A DNA stretch of 32,000 nt from the NCBI GenBank assembly GCA_964510585.1, contig CAZECW010000139.1, positions 3,333-35,332 on the forward strand, written 5' to 3'. This DNA comes from an uncultured archaeon. Its GTDB lineage: Archaea; Asgardarchaeota; Jordiarchaeia; Jordiarchaeales; Jordiarchaeaceae. Shown in pieces: positions 9,289-16,829 of this stretch. Positions within the stretch are counted from its first letter, which is position 1. Each line of letters begins with the position of its first letter. Both the position numbers and the translations under genes were made by a program. The notes below the pieces were generated by a model. That model had not been told where the DNA came from and made no database searches. It saw only the letters and a program-made list of their open reading frames with translations.

Positions 9289-9477
9289 CTTATAACCATA
9301 TTTCGCAGATTCTGCGAAGCTATTTGGGCGATTGTGATTCTCCCGTGTGGTTTTGGGTGTGTGGCTGCGCTTTTCACCAACCCCACACCCTCATTTTCTC
9401 AAAAACTGGAAGCGTGGTAATAAAAGCTTTGCAACTCCACTAAAGAATTCCCAAATCTGCGAAAAATGGGTTATAAG
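9289..9477. repeat. 189-bp intergenic segment bounded by imperfect 23/24-bp inverted repeats
   Basis: 9289-9311 CTTATAACCATATTTCGCAGATT versus the reverse complement of 9454-9477, CTTATAACCCATTTTTCGCAGATT (22 matches, 1 mismatch, 1 gap). A perfect palindrome TTCGCAGA-T-TCTGCGAA lies at 9302-9318. Confidence 0.7.
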
Positions 9478-9501
9478 AGTTAATTTCGGAGCGTGAAATA
9501 T

Positions 9502-10452
9502 GTGTCTGTCTTAACTGCTTGGAGAGAAAAATGTATCATAACCTGTGCCCTTACGGGATCCGCTACTTTTCCCTCCCAGACACCCTACCTACCCATAACA
9601 CCGGACCAGATATCTGACGAGGCAAAAAAGGCCTGCGACGCAGGCGCAGCAGTAGTCCACGTCCACGTGAGAGACCCCAAAACCGGCATGCCCACAGCCG
9701 ACCTAGGCGTGTGGAGAGAAACCCTAACAAAAATAAAGTCAAAAACAGACGTAATAGTCTGCTGCACAACAGGAGGGGGAGCCGGAATGACCCCCGAACA
9801 AAGAATAGCGGTGGTTCCAGAATTCAAGCCAGAAATGTGCTCCTTCAACGTGGAATCAATGAACTTCGCAGTATTCCCCATAGCGGAAAGAATTAAGGAG
9901 TGGAAATATCCCTGGGAAAAACCAGTAGTGGAAATGAGTAAGGGACTGATTTTCCAGAACAGCTTCAAAGACCTCGAAGTATTCTCCAAAACAATGTATG
10001 AAAACAACGTTAAACCCGAACTTGAGATTTATAGCACGAGTGGCATCTGGAATGCGGGAGCCATGCTCCGCTTTGGATGGCTTAAATTCCCCCTGCACAT
10101 GCAATTCGTCCTAGGGGTGCTCGGGGGCACAGGAAACACACCATGGGAACTAATACACTTCTATGACGAAGCCGCCCGACTCTTCGGCACGCAAAACTTC
10201 ACCTGGTCAGTGATCGGAATCGGGTACCCAAGAGAGTTCCACTTGGGAGCCATGGCGGCAATAATGGGAGGACATATAAGAGTTGGGCTAGAGGACAACA
10301 TTTACATAGCCCATAGAGAGTTGGCCAAGAGCAATGCAGAACTAGTCGCCAAGATGGTTAGGATAGTCAATGAACTGGGAAGAGATGTGGCCTCACCTGA
10401 CGAAGCAAGGAAAATGCTGGGACTAAAAGGACTGGACAAGGTCAACTACTAA
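9502..10452 (+). CDS. Beta-keto acid cleavage enzyme (BKACE/DUF849, 3-keto-5-aminohexanoate cleavage family), paralogue 1
   Basis: IITCALTG, Zn-binding HVH, TTGG and HIRVGLEDN (Glu ligand/Asp). Start GTG 9502 chosen because it aligns with the paralogue's ATG; the track starts at 9493. Confidence 0.92.
   Translation: MSVLTAWREKCIITCALTGSATFPSQTPYLPITPDQISDEAKKACDAGAAVVHVHVRDPKTGMPTADLGVWRETLTKIKSKTDVIVCCTTGGGAGMTPEQRIAVVPEFKPEMCSFNVESMNFAVFPIAERIKEWKYPWEKPVVEMSKGLIFQNSFKDLEVFSKTMYENNVKPELEIYSTSGIWNAGAMLRFGWLKFPLHMQFVLGVLGGTGNTPWELIHFYDEAARLFGTQNFTWSVIGIGYPREFHLGAMAAIMGGHIRVGLEDNIYIAHRELAKSNAELVAKMVRIVNELGRDVASPDEARKMLGLKGLDKVNY
9564..9770 (+). repeat. 207-bp near-identical tract shared with 10935-11141
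   Basis: Codon-by-codon comparison of the two BKACE genes shows a single mismatch (9678 C versus 11049 T) in 207 nt. Confidence 0.95.
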
Positions 10453-10488
10453 AAAAACAGCCGCCTTTCTTCTTTTTTGCTGTTTTTT
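10452..10488 (+). terminator. Hairpin/oligo-T terminator after BKACE paralogue 1
   Basis: AAAAAACAGC (10452-10461) and GCTGTTTTTT (10479-10488) form a perfect 10-bp inverted repeat around a pyrimidine-rich loop, immediately at the stop codon. Confidence 0.6.
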
Positions 10489-10872
10489 ATGAAAACTGTC
10501 AGTATTTAGAACAACAGTTGAAAGTCTTTTTGGAGGCGGAGGCTCTACAAACATGTCGCAATAAAAGCAAAACCCATGGTGTTCTTACCAGTTTTCCTAT
10601 TGAAGGGATTAGTCTGAAGCCCAATTAATTCCTATAAGAGTTCTCTGATGCAACCCCTAATTTTCCATACAAGCGTCTTATGAAACCATCACTCTTGCCC
10701 TGTTGATAGATTTTACAATTCGCGTAGAACAAGGGGGAAGAGATTTTCGGGTAATGCGGTGAATGATTACTTTGAGGAGCCAGCAAAAGTTCGATGCAAG
10801 GTACCAATAAATTAATATTTGTCATATTCTTCTAAAAATATGGGTTGGAAGAATTTTTGGAGGTGTGAAGAA

Positions 10873-11841
10873 ATGTCATTTTTAACTGCTTGGAGAGAAA
10901 AATGTATCATAACCTGTGCCCTAACTGGGTCAGTTACTTTTCCCTCCCAGACACCCTACCTACCCATAACACCGGACCAGATATCTGACGAGGCAAAAAA
11001 GGCCTGCGACGCAGGCGCAGCAGTAGTCCACGTCCACGTGAGAGACCCTAAAACCGGCATGCCCACAGCCGACCTAGGCGTGTGGAGAGAAACCCTAACA
11101 AAAATAAAGTCAAAAACAGACGTAATAGTCTGCTGCACAACTGGGGGAGGAGCAGGAATGACAGCCCAGCAGAGAATAGCGGTGGTTCCAGAATTCAAGC
11201 CAGAAATGTGCTCCTTCAACGTAGAATCAATGAACTTTTCAGTGTTCCCACTCGCAGAGAGAATAAAGGAGTGGAAAACTGACTGGGAAAAGCCCCTAGT
11301 AGAGTGGAGTAAGGGAATGATCTTCCAGAACTCATTTGCAGACCTTGAAGTGTTTGCCAAAACTATGTATGAAAACAATGTTAAACCGGAACTTGAGATT
11401 TACAGCAGCAGTGGCGTCTGGAACGCGGGTGCTATGCTCCGCTTTGGATGGCTTAAATTCCCCCTACACATACAATTCGTCCTAGGAGTATTGGGAGGAA
11501 CGGGCAACACACCCTTTGAATTGATGCACCTTTACAACGAGGCTAGCCGACTCTTCGGCACACAAAACTTCACTTGGTCAGTAATCGGAATAGGATACCC
11601 GCAAGAATTCCACCTAGGAGCGATGGCGGCAATAATGGGAGGCCACATAAGAGTGGGCATGGAAGACAACATTTATGTGGGTTACGACCCCGTGAAGAAG
11701 GAGCGTATACTTGCAAAGAGCAACGCTGAACTGGTTGCAAAGATGGTTAAGATAGTTAACGAATTGGGAAGAGATGTAGCTTCACCTGACGAAGCAAGGA
11801 AAATGTTGGGACTAAAGGGATTAGACAAGGTCAACTACTAA
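10873..11841 (+). CDS. Beta-keto acid cleavage enzyme (BKACE/DUF849), paralogue 2
   Basis: Same motifs (HVH, HIRVGMEDN) and a GGAGGTG RBS before ATG 10873 (track starts at 10819). About 24 substitutions plus a 6-aa insertion relative to paralogue 1, by hand count. Confidence 0.92.
   Translation: MSFLTAWREKCIITCALTGSVTFPSQTPYLPITPDQISDEAKKACDAGAAVVHVHVRDPKTGMPTADLGVWRETLTKIKSKTDVIVCCTTGGGAGMTAQQRIAVVPEFKPEMCSFNVESMNFSVFPLAERIKEWKTDWEKPLVEWSKGMIFQNSFADLEVFAKTMYENNVKPELEIYSSSGVWNAGAMLRFGWLKFPLHIQFVLGVLGGTGNTPFELMHLYNEASRLFGTQNFTWSVIGIGYPQEFHLGAMAAIMGGHIRVGMEDNIYVGYDPVKKERILAKSNAELVAKMVKIVNELGRDVASPDEARKMLGLKGLDKVNY
10935..11141 (+). repeat. Second copy of the 207-bp tract
   Basis: Offset of 1371 nt from 9564-9770; one mismatch. 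Confidence 0.95.
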
Positions 11842-11911
11842 AGACAATATACGCTCCCCCTTTTTTATTGGTAAAAAAAGAGAGTTTAATTGTTTCGAAG
11901 AAAGCCACTGA

Positions 11912-12697
11912 TTATAGTTCCCTTAGGGTTCCTTTTAGGTCTATTCGGGTTCTTATTACTTGGAGTTCTTCTTTTGTGGGTGGCTCTGTTTCTGGAACGT
12001 CATCTGGAATTATGAGTTGGAATCCAGTGTTGTTTTTAACCTCTTCGATCGATACTCCTGGGTGTACTGATTTTAGGCGCATTCTTTTGGTCTTTTCTTC
12101 GAAGTCCATTATACAGAGAGGTGTTAATACATATTTGGGGCCTCCTCCAGGTAGGCCTAGTTTTTTTCTGGAGTTTCCCCCGTCTCCCCAGCCTACGGCG
12201 GTTATGTATTCGCATTTGTCCACGAAAATCATTGGGTGGTGCCTCTCAGAGTAGATATAGTAGCGGCCCACGTAGGTTGTTATTGTTGATTGTCCAATGG
12301 CGCCTGGTCCTCGGAACATCAATTTTGGGTACTGTCCGCCAATGCCGAGCAGGTTTATGTTTCCATATTTGTCTATTTGGAGGCCTCCGAAGAAGCTGAC
12401 ATCATACCTTCTTATAGTATCCCAGAGGTGCTCATATTCTGGTACTTCTTCGCAGTATTTGAATCCAGAGTAGTCTGTGACGAATTCAAAACTTTCTATT
12501 TGTTTCACGTCTGAGAAGTTGGCGCGGTAAAACTGTAGCCAGCGCATGTTTGGTGCGTGTGTTAGGTGTGCGAGGAGTACGCCTGCTCTACACGCGGGTA
12601 GGTTGGCTCCTATTAGTACTGTTTCGCCGTCTTTGATTTCTCGGGAGATGAAAGCAGCTAGGAGCTCTCTTATTGAGTAATCTTTGTTTCTGCTCAA
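11912..12697 (-). CDS. Class I CoA-transferase beta subunit homologue (GctB/CatJ/IpdB family)
   Basis: FFGGLQIDKYGNIN, RGPGAIG, SVHPGVSIEEVKNNTGF and TEPPTKEEL motifs; AGGTGA RBS; downstream of the alpha subunit. Confidence 0.85.
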   Translation of the reverse strand: MSRNKDYSIRELLAAFISREIKDGETVLIGANLPACRAGVLLAHLTHAPNMRWLQFYRANFSDVKQIESFEFVTDYSGFKYCEEVPEYEHLWDTIRRYDVSFFGGLQIDKYGNINLLGIGGQYPKLMFRGPGAIGQSTITTYVGRYYIYSERHHPMIFVDKCEYITAVGWGDGGNSRKKLGLPGGGPKYVLTPLCIMDFEEKTKRMRLKSVHPGVSIEEVKNNTGFQLIIPDDVPETEPPTKEELQVIRTRIDLKGTLREL

Positions 12698-12710
12698 TTT
12701 TTTTCACCTT

Positions 12711-13601
12711 CTACCATCTGTATAGAGAGAGGAGTTTCTTCATACCGATTACTTCAAGATACTCTTCGTGTGAATTTGGTTCAAGGATGTATTTTTTGAG
12801 GTACTGGTTGAAGGGCTCAGGGTTTCCCTTTGTGTAAGCCTTGGCCGCCTCCACGTACTCTTTGAGGTGTTCCCTGTCTAAATCGTAGAATCCATCGCTT
12901 GAGAAGGGGTGGGAACCATATGGGGTGGGCACCACCGCATCAACCCCGTAAATCTTTGTTAGGTGTGGGTTTCTCTTTATGTCTTCGTTAGAAACCACTT
13001 TTTCTACTTGAAAGACGCATTTTTTGGAGGCTCTCGCCATTAGAATGTCTGCGTAGGTGTTTCCCACGTACTGTATGTTGCCATATGGGTCGCTCCAGGA
13101 TGCGTGAAGTATGGCTACGTCGAGTTCCAGTGCGGGGACAGCTAGCAATGTTTGTCCCTTTATGGGGTCTTGGAAGTATTTTAGATCGGGGTTAATGTCG
13201 GGCAGGCAGGTGCCAACGCCGCCTAGCCAGGGTAGGAAAGGTAGCCCCTCGGCCGCGGCTCTTAGTGCGGTGCATAGGATTGCTTCGTCGCACTCCCACA
13301 TTTGAATGGTGCCGTCCACTACTGCTTTTCGGAAGAATGGACCTATGGGTGCGAGTGATTCTCCTCCCACGTAAGCAGTGGCCACCTTCTTTGCGACACC
13401 CGCTCCGATCATCAAGTCAATTTCTAGTCCCGCTGCGGGTGAGCCTACTACTGTCAGGTTTTTTACACCGTTCTTAATGATTTGGCGAATTATGGCCATG
13501 GGGTGATTTGCAGTTAGAAGGCCCCCGATGCCTACGGTCATACCGTCCTTTATCATTGAGGCTGCCTCTCTTACACTCATAATGACTTCTTTTCTGGTCA
13601 T
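12711..13601 (-). CDS. Class I CoA-transferase alpha subunit homologue (GctA/CatI/IpdA family)
   Basis: IKDGMTVGIGG...HPMAIIRQI, ECDEAIL...RAAAEGLPFLP, LDVAILHA..SDPYGN and VDAVV..PYGSHP motifs. Confidence 0.87.
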   Translation of the reverse strand: MTRKEVIMSVREAASMIKDGMTVGIGGLLTANHPMAIIRQIIKNGVKNLTVVGSPAAGLEIDLMIGAGVAKKVATAYVGGESLAPIGPFFRKAVVDGTIQMWECDEAILCTALRAAAEGLPFLPWLGGVGTCLPDINPDLKYFQDPIKGQTLLAVPALELDVAILHASWSDPYGNIQYVGNTYADILMARASKKCVFQVEKVVSNEDIKRNPHLTKIYGVDAVVPTPYGSHPFSSDGFYDLDREHLKEYVEAAKAYTKGNPEPFNQYLKKYILEPNSHEEYLEVIGMKKLLSLYRW

Positions 13602-13891
13602 GATAACACCAGCTTCAGATGCTGTTAAAACCCGATATGTGGAATTAGCTTATAAATAAAAGCCCAAAAAATAAAGGATAAAACTAATTTTAGTTAACTC
13701 TGATCATTTGGGACGAAATTTACCGACCGACTTCCACAAATGTCCACCGATATGGCGGAAAAGTGAACCTGTCTGGGTAGCGACCTGAATTATTTTGGTT
13801 AATTGTATGGTGTTCGGCTAATCGCTAGTGCTATTTGTGGAAAGGTTTGCATAGGATTCAGAAGTTACTCATATGGTAAAGTTTTGGCGCA

Positions 13892-15025
13892 TTATGTTTT
13901 TTGTTGTAGGGCGAGGACCGCCGCTTCTATTATTGTTTTTGTGAATTCTTCAAGTGTGAATCCTGTGTAGTCTATTTTGTTACTTTTGAAGGCTTCAACT
14001 ATGGCGTTGCTTATGGCCTTCTCGTTTTCCGCTGATATTCCTTTGAGGGCGTTAACCACTTTTTCCAGACCGTCTGCTGGGGAGAGTAGAAAGTCGCCAG
14101 TTATGAGAATGTCTCTAATCTTTTTGGTCTTGTCTATGGCTACGCTGGCGTTGATAGTTCTTTCTGACTTGTATCTGAAGGTTGCAGCCCTCCAATCGTT
14201 GGGCAGTTTACTGTACCATCTACTCTTGGAAACGCTGGTAACTACATCTTCTGCGGTGAGTTTTTTGAAGCCCTCAGTAATCATTTCTTTTTCTTCCTCG
14301 GTGAAGTTTCCGGGTGCAAATTCCATTCCCAGTTTCTGTTTCACAATGGTTAGCAAGAGATTCTTTACTTCTTCTTCAGTAGGTGTTCTGGGTGCATCCT
14401 TTTCCATGCTACCCGCATACATGGTTACGTCGCGCAACAATTTGTCCTTCAGCTTCTCCTCTGGATAAACATAATAATCTGTGAAGAACTTAACGCTGGG
14501 GGTAAGCCGGTTGATGAAGGTTCCCACCACAACCCCTTTTCCCCAAATTAGGGAAGTGCTTCCACCCAACTTTTTGTCATCTTTTCGAATGTCGCCCGGA
14601 TGACTATAGTAGGCGTCTAAAACACCCACCCTCATGAAGAGTTCTAGAACCACTTCGCCGGCCCAAATCCTCTCAGCCTCCTCCAAATTTGGAAACACGT
14701 CCGTGGTTGTCACCAGTACCGCCGCGATTTGGCCCTTTGGGGCATAGTAGGTGCCAGCTCCACTCTCCCTCCGCCCCACCAGCACACCGTCCCTTTTCAC
14801 AGCCTTGTACCTAATCTCATCCAAGTCCTCATACTTACCCAGGCTCAGTGATTCTTTACCATGAGAAACAAATATAAGCGTGTCTGGAATCTTACCCGCA
14901 TCACGCATCTTGGACAAAACATCAAAAGCCACAAGCAACTCTACACCAGACATATCAGAAACAATTAGTCTCCCCTTAGACTGAGTTCTAAACTTCTTCT
15001 CCCTTCTTTCCAACTGTTCCAACAC
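13892..15025 (-). CDS. lplA: Lipoate-protein ligase A family protein with C-terminal domain
   Basis: VGRRESGAGTYY (RRxSGGG-like), PGDI...DKKLGG (catalytic Lys) and C-terminal ILITGDFLLSP. A GGAGGTG RBS at 15038-15032 favours a start at 15025 or 15022; the track starts at 15040. Confidence 0.78.
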   Translation of the reverse strand: MLEQLERREKKFRTQSKGRLIVSDMSGVELLVAFDVLSKMRDAGKIPDTLIFVSHGKESLSLGKYEDLDEIRYKAVKRDGVLVGRRESGAGTYYAPKGQIAAVLVTTTDVFPNLEEAERIWAGEVVLELFMRVGVLDAYYSHPGDIRKDDKKLGGSTSLIWGKGVVVGTFINRLTPSVKFFTDYYVYPEEKLKDKLLRDVTMYAGSMEKDAPRTPTEEEVKNLLLTIVKQKLGMEFAPGNFTEEEKEMITEGFKKLTAEDVVTSVSKSRWYSKLPNDWRAATFRYKSERTINASVAIDKTKKIRDILITGDFLLSPADGLEKVVNALKGISAENEKAISNAIVEAFKSNKIDYTGFTLEEFTKTIIEAAVLALQQKT

Positions 15026-15587
15026 AAAAAACACCTCCAACTCAAAGAATAAATCTATGTATTATAATCTCCAACCATCTTGGGGCTGTTAATCGTTGAA
15101 ATTAGAGAAAACCTGTTTTTCTCCACTAAGGAATACATTTTCAGTGATAATCAACATATTTATAATTTTTGGAGCAAAGAGGGACAAAATGCAGCTTCTC
15201 CACATTTGTACCGAGCAAAACTAATCCGTTGCGTATAACCGGCCAAAATGTGGGTAGTAGGAGGAAGCGAAACTTACTGACAGGCCTCATATAAATAGTT
15301 TTTTTGTCGATAGTTTTATAAAGAAAACAAATCCAGAGAAACGAAATCCAGAGCATCGTAAATATGAAGTGAAGCGTTACCCCTTTAAATGTGAGGCGTT
15401 AGTGGCTACAGTGATTCCTCCACCAAAAAATCACACGCGAAAAATGGTGACCAAAATTCGTTAAGACGCTGCGAACAGTCTTTTGATTAAACCTTAGAGT
15501 GGAGGAAAACAAAGGCGGAAGACCCAAATAAGCATTCAAACAAAGAATGGATATTTCGTACTATTCTGGATTTAAACCAACTTGGGT

Positions 15588-15625
15588 GAAACCCTATTTT
15601 GAAAAATCAAAACGGGTAGGGTTTC
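15588..15625. promoter_or_regulatory. Nested inverted repeat 42 nt upstream of the thiolase-fold operon
   Basis: GAAACCCTA-TTTTGA-AAAA-TCAAAA-CGGG-TAGGGTTTC forms a 15-bp stem with a 4-nt bulge. Function unknown. Confidence 0.4.
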
Positions 15626-15667
15626 CAGAGGCTGAATAAATTGAATTCCTTTGTAGAGGTTTAAATT

Positions 15668-16810
15668 ATGGATAAAGAAGTAGCCATTGTGGGAGTAGCA
15701 CAAACCAAGTATGAGGAAGAAAAGGCGGATTTACCCTACTCTGAACTAGTTTTCGAAGTCGTCAAAAAACTCCACGACGAGCTGGGAATAACTAAAGACG
15801 ACGTGGGAAGCATAATAACTAGCTCCAACGATTTCAACGACGGAAGAACAATAGCCAGCATGGCCATTCAGGATGCTTTAGGAGCCGTGGGAAAATCGGA
15901 GTCCCGAGTATCGGGAGACGGAGCATTCGCCTATGTCTACGGAGTAATGAGAATACTAGAAGGAACATACGATACAGTGATGGTGGTTTCACACTGCAAG
16001 TGTTCCGAGTCAAACATTTACCTTGTAAACAATTCTATTTTTGAGCCCTACTACCAGAGATGGCTGGGACTAGACCAGGTCTCTTCGGCGGGATTAATGG
16101 CGAACATGTACTCACACAAGTATGGAATCACCCAAGAACAAGCGGCAAAAGTGGCAGTAAAAAACCGCAAAAACGCTCTAAACAATCCCTACGCACATCT
16201 ACAAAAAGCAGTTACAGTCGACGAAGTCCTAAATTCCAAAATGATGGCCTACCCCCTCAAAGAACTAGATCTACCGCCACTCTCGGACGGAGCTGTAGCA
16301 ATGCTCCTAACAAACAAAGAGAAAGCCAAAAAATATACAGACACACCAGTGTGGTTTAAGGGCCACGGCAATTGCACCGACGCCTACTACCTTGGACACC
16401 GCAACATGACCGACCTCATAGGACTAGAACTAGCAGCAAGAGAAGCCTACAAAATGGCGGGAATAAAAAACCCCATGAAGGAAATCGACGTAGCAGAAAT
16501 CTATGAAGCGTTCACCTACCACGAACTAATGAATTATGAAGCCCTAGGACTATGCAAAAAAGGCGAGGGAGGAAAACTCATCGACAGCGGACAAACAGAA
16601 ATGAACGGAACCCTCCCAGTAAACCCCTCAGGAGGCGTACTCTCAAGCAACCCCTCCATGGCCAACGGACTAGTTCGTGTAGCAGAAATCGCACTGCAAC
16701 TAATGGGCAAAGCCGAAAAAAGACAGGTGAAAGACGCCAAAATTGGACTAGCCACAGGAATGAATGGAATCTGCTCCCAAGGAAACTGCGTAATCATATT
16801 AGAAGCATGA
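15668..16810 (+). CDS. ltp4: Thiolase-fold protein lacking the catalytic Cys, Ltp4-like
   Basis: LHDELGITKDDVG, SSNDFNDGR, DVAEIYEAFTY, NPSGGVLSSNPSMANGLVRV and SQGNCVIILE parallel actinobacterial Ltp4 as I recall it. There is no CxS nucleophile (ESRVSGDGA) and no GHP His. Confidence 0.72.
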   Translation: MDKEVAIVGVAQTKYEEEKADLPYSELVFEVVKKLHDELGITKDDVGSIITSSNDFNDGRTIASMAIQDALGAVGKSESRVSGDGAFAYVYGVMRILEGTYDTVMVVSHCKCSESNIYLVNNSIFEPYYQRWLGLDQVSSAGLMANMYSHKYGITQEQAAKVAVKNRKNALNNPYAHLQKAVTVDEVLNSKMMAYPLKELDLPPLSDGAVAMLLTNKEKAKKYTDTPVWFKGHGNCTDAYYLGHRNMTDLIGLELAAREAYKMAGIKNPMKEIDVAEIYEAFTYHELMNYEALGLCKKGEGGKLIDSGQTEMNGTLPVNPSGGVLSSNPSMANGLVRVAEIALQLMGKAEKRQVKDAKIGLATGMNGICSQGNCVIILEA

Positions 16811-16829
16811 AAATGAGGAGATGAAAAAT

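Noticed and set aside
4707-11841. Carnitine/quaternary-amine pathway (methyltransferase + BKACE + flavoprotein)
   Set aside because: The methyltransferase is MtmB-type, not the MttB superfamily that demethylates quaternary amines. There is no carnitine dehydrogenase or transporter, and the flavoprotein has FadH rather than trimethylamine-dehydrogenase motifs.
15141-15356. 71-aa ORF and a 10-bp direct repeat (AAATCCAGAG at 15329 and 15344) in the lplA-ltp4 spacer
   Set aside because: The ORF has no coding signature. Two short copies are not an array and could be chance.
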